Source: Tubulanus polymorphus (lineage: Eukaryota > Animalia > Nemertea). Taken from it: a stretch of DNA of 64,000 bases. How positions within the stretch are numbered: position 1 is the first letter of the stretch; each line of letters begins with the position of its first letter. The stretch covers positions 4,674,175 to 4,738,174 of the forward strand of contig NC_134032.1 in the NCBI RefSeq assembly GCF_964204645.1, given 5' to 3'. The notes below the pieces were generated by a model that worked only from the letters and a program-made list of their open reading frames with translations, was not told the DNA's origin and ran no database searches. Below, one piece after another: positions 63,254 through 64,000 of the stretch. The position numbers and the translations under genes are program-made.

Positions 63254-64000
63254 ATGGTAGAATTAAAAGAATACAGAATATTTGTTGATTCTAGAAAACT
63301 TACAAATTATAAATCACATAATTTATTAGTACAATCAGATAGAGATTTTAAGAATTTTGTTGATTTAAAATTGTATTTAAAAGTTAATATAAGTTTATGT
63401 AATTCTTTTTATAATGTATCGGATAAAAGTTTAGAACATTTAATTTTTTCAATCTTTTACAAAAAAAGGAATAAATGGTTTTTTATACATTTAAAACCAG
63501 GATTATATAATTTAGATACATTAGCACAAGAAATTAATAGAAAAGCTCGAGCTAAATTAGGAAGCGATTCCGGATTTAGTATTAGAATTTGTGGTAGTTC
63601 TAATAAAATAAAGATTAGGTTAGCTCATGACGAACAATTTAAATTTACAGTAAGAAAACCTTCAGGTAAACTGTTAGGAATTAACCCAGATATTGTTACA
63701 GCATACGCAGAAGGTAGATCAAACTTAATACCTTACACACATTTCTATATTTATTGTAATTTAATTGATCCTACAAAAACATTTGAAGCAACTAAAGATA
63801 AAACTTGCAATTCTAGTATACTAAATATTTTACCATTAAAAAATGTTAAACAATTTTGAACTCAAATAAATTATAATTTAACAGAATGTGATTTTAATCC
63901 TTGCATTCCACATTTCAATAATTTGAAATTAGAAATAAGAAATTATAATGGTTATTTAATTGATTTGAATAACTTTCCTGTGATATATGAATTAGTTATA
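63254..64000 (+). pseudogene. Minor capsid (penton)-like protein, copy B (one premature TGA at 63857)
   Basis: MVELKEYRIFVDSR...SFYNVS...PGLYNLDTL...FYIYCNLID...ILPL; the frame continues after the stop as LKLEIRNYNGYLIDLNNFPVIYELVI. Confidence 0.68.

Larger units (their letters stand above)
58671..64000. mobile_element. Polinton/Maverick fragment, copy B (5'-truncated, runs off the window end)
   Basis: Collinear with 4727-10893: pPolB with intein, three minus-strand genes, penton-like gene. Confidence 0.9.

Overview
Repeat-dense, intron-containing animal (invertebrate-type) genomic DNA made almost entirely of nested mobile elements. It holds three degraded pieces of AT-rich Polinton/Maverick (adintovirus-like) endogenous virus: copy A 3815-12479, an inverted, more divergent pPolB fragment 12480-13880, and copy B 58671-64000 (its start is also duplicated at 55344-56515). 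The main result is that the protein-primed DNA polymerase B (pPolB) of copies A and B has a roughly 353-aa LAGLIDADG homing-endonuclease intein inserted exactly in the catalytic motif (YFD|S...KN|TDS). From memory it closely resembles the Mimivirus PolB intein. Most viral genes start at a T-run...TAAATG motif resembling the poxvirus late promoter. Also present: two Gypsy-type LTR elements, one of which lacks RT/IN but has a -1 frameshift signal and an array of tRNA T-arm-like hairpins in its leader; a spliced SWIM-YqaJ-PHD nuclease gene; a nearly intact EnSpm/CACTA transposon with a 4-exon SAMD3-like gene; a 7.5-kb element with ~900-bp TIRs; MITEs, a DINE/HINE-like element, SINE and LINE fragments; host gene remnants (GPCR; signal peptide-EGF-C-type lectin); and a 3.33-kb tandem duplication. 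All family calls come from motif recognition, not database searches.
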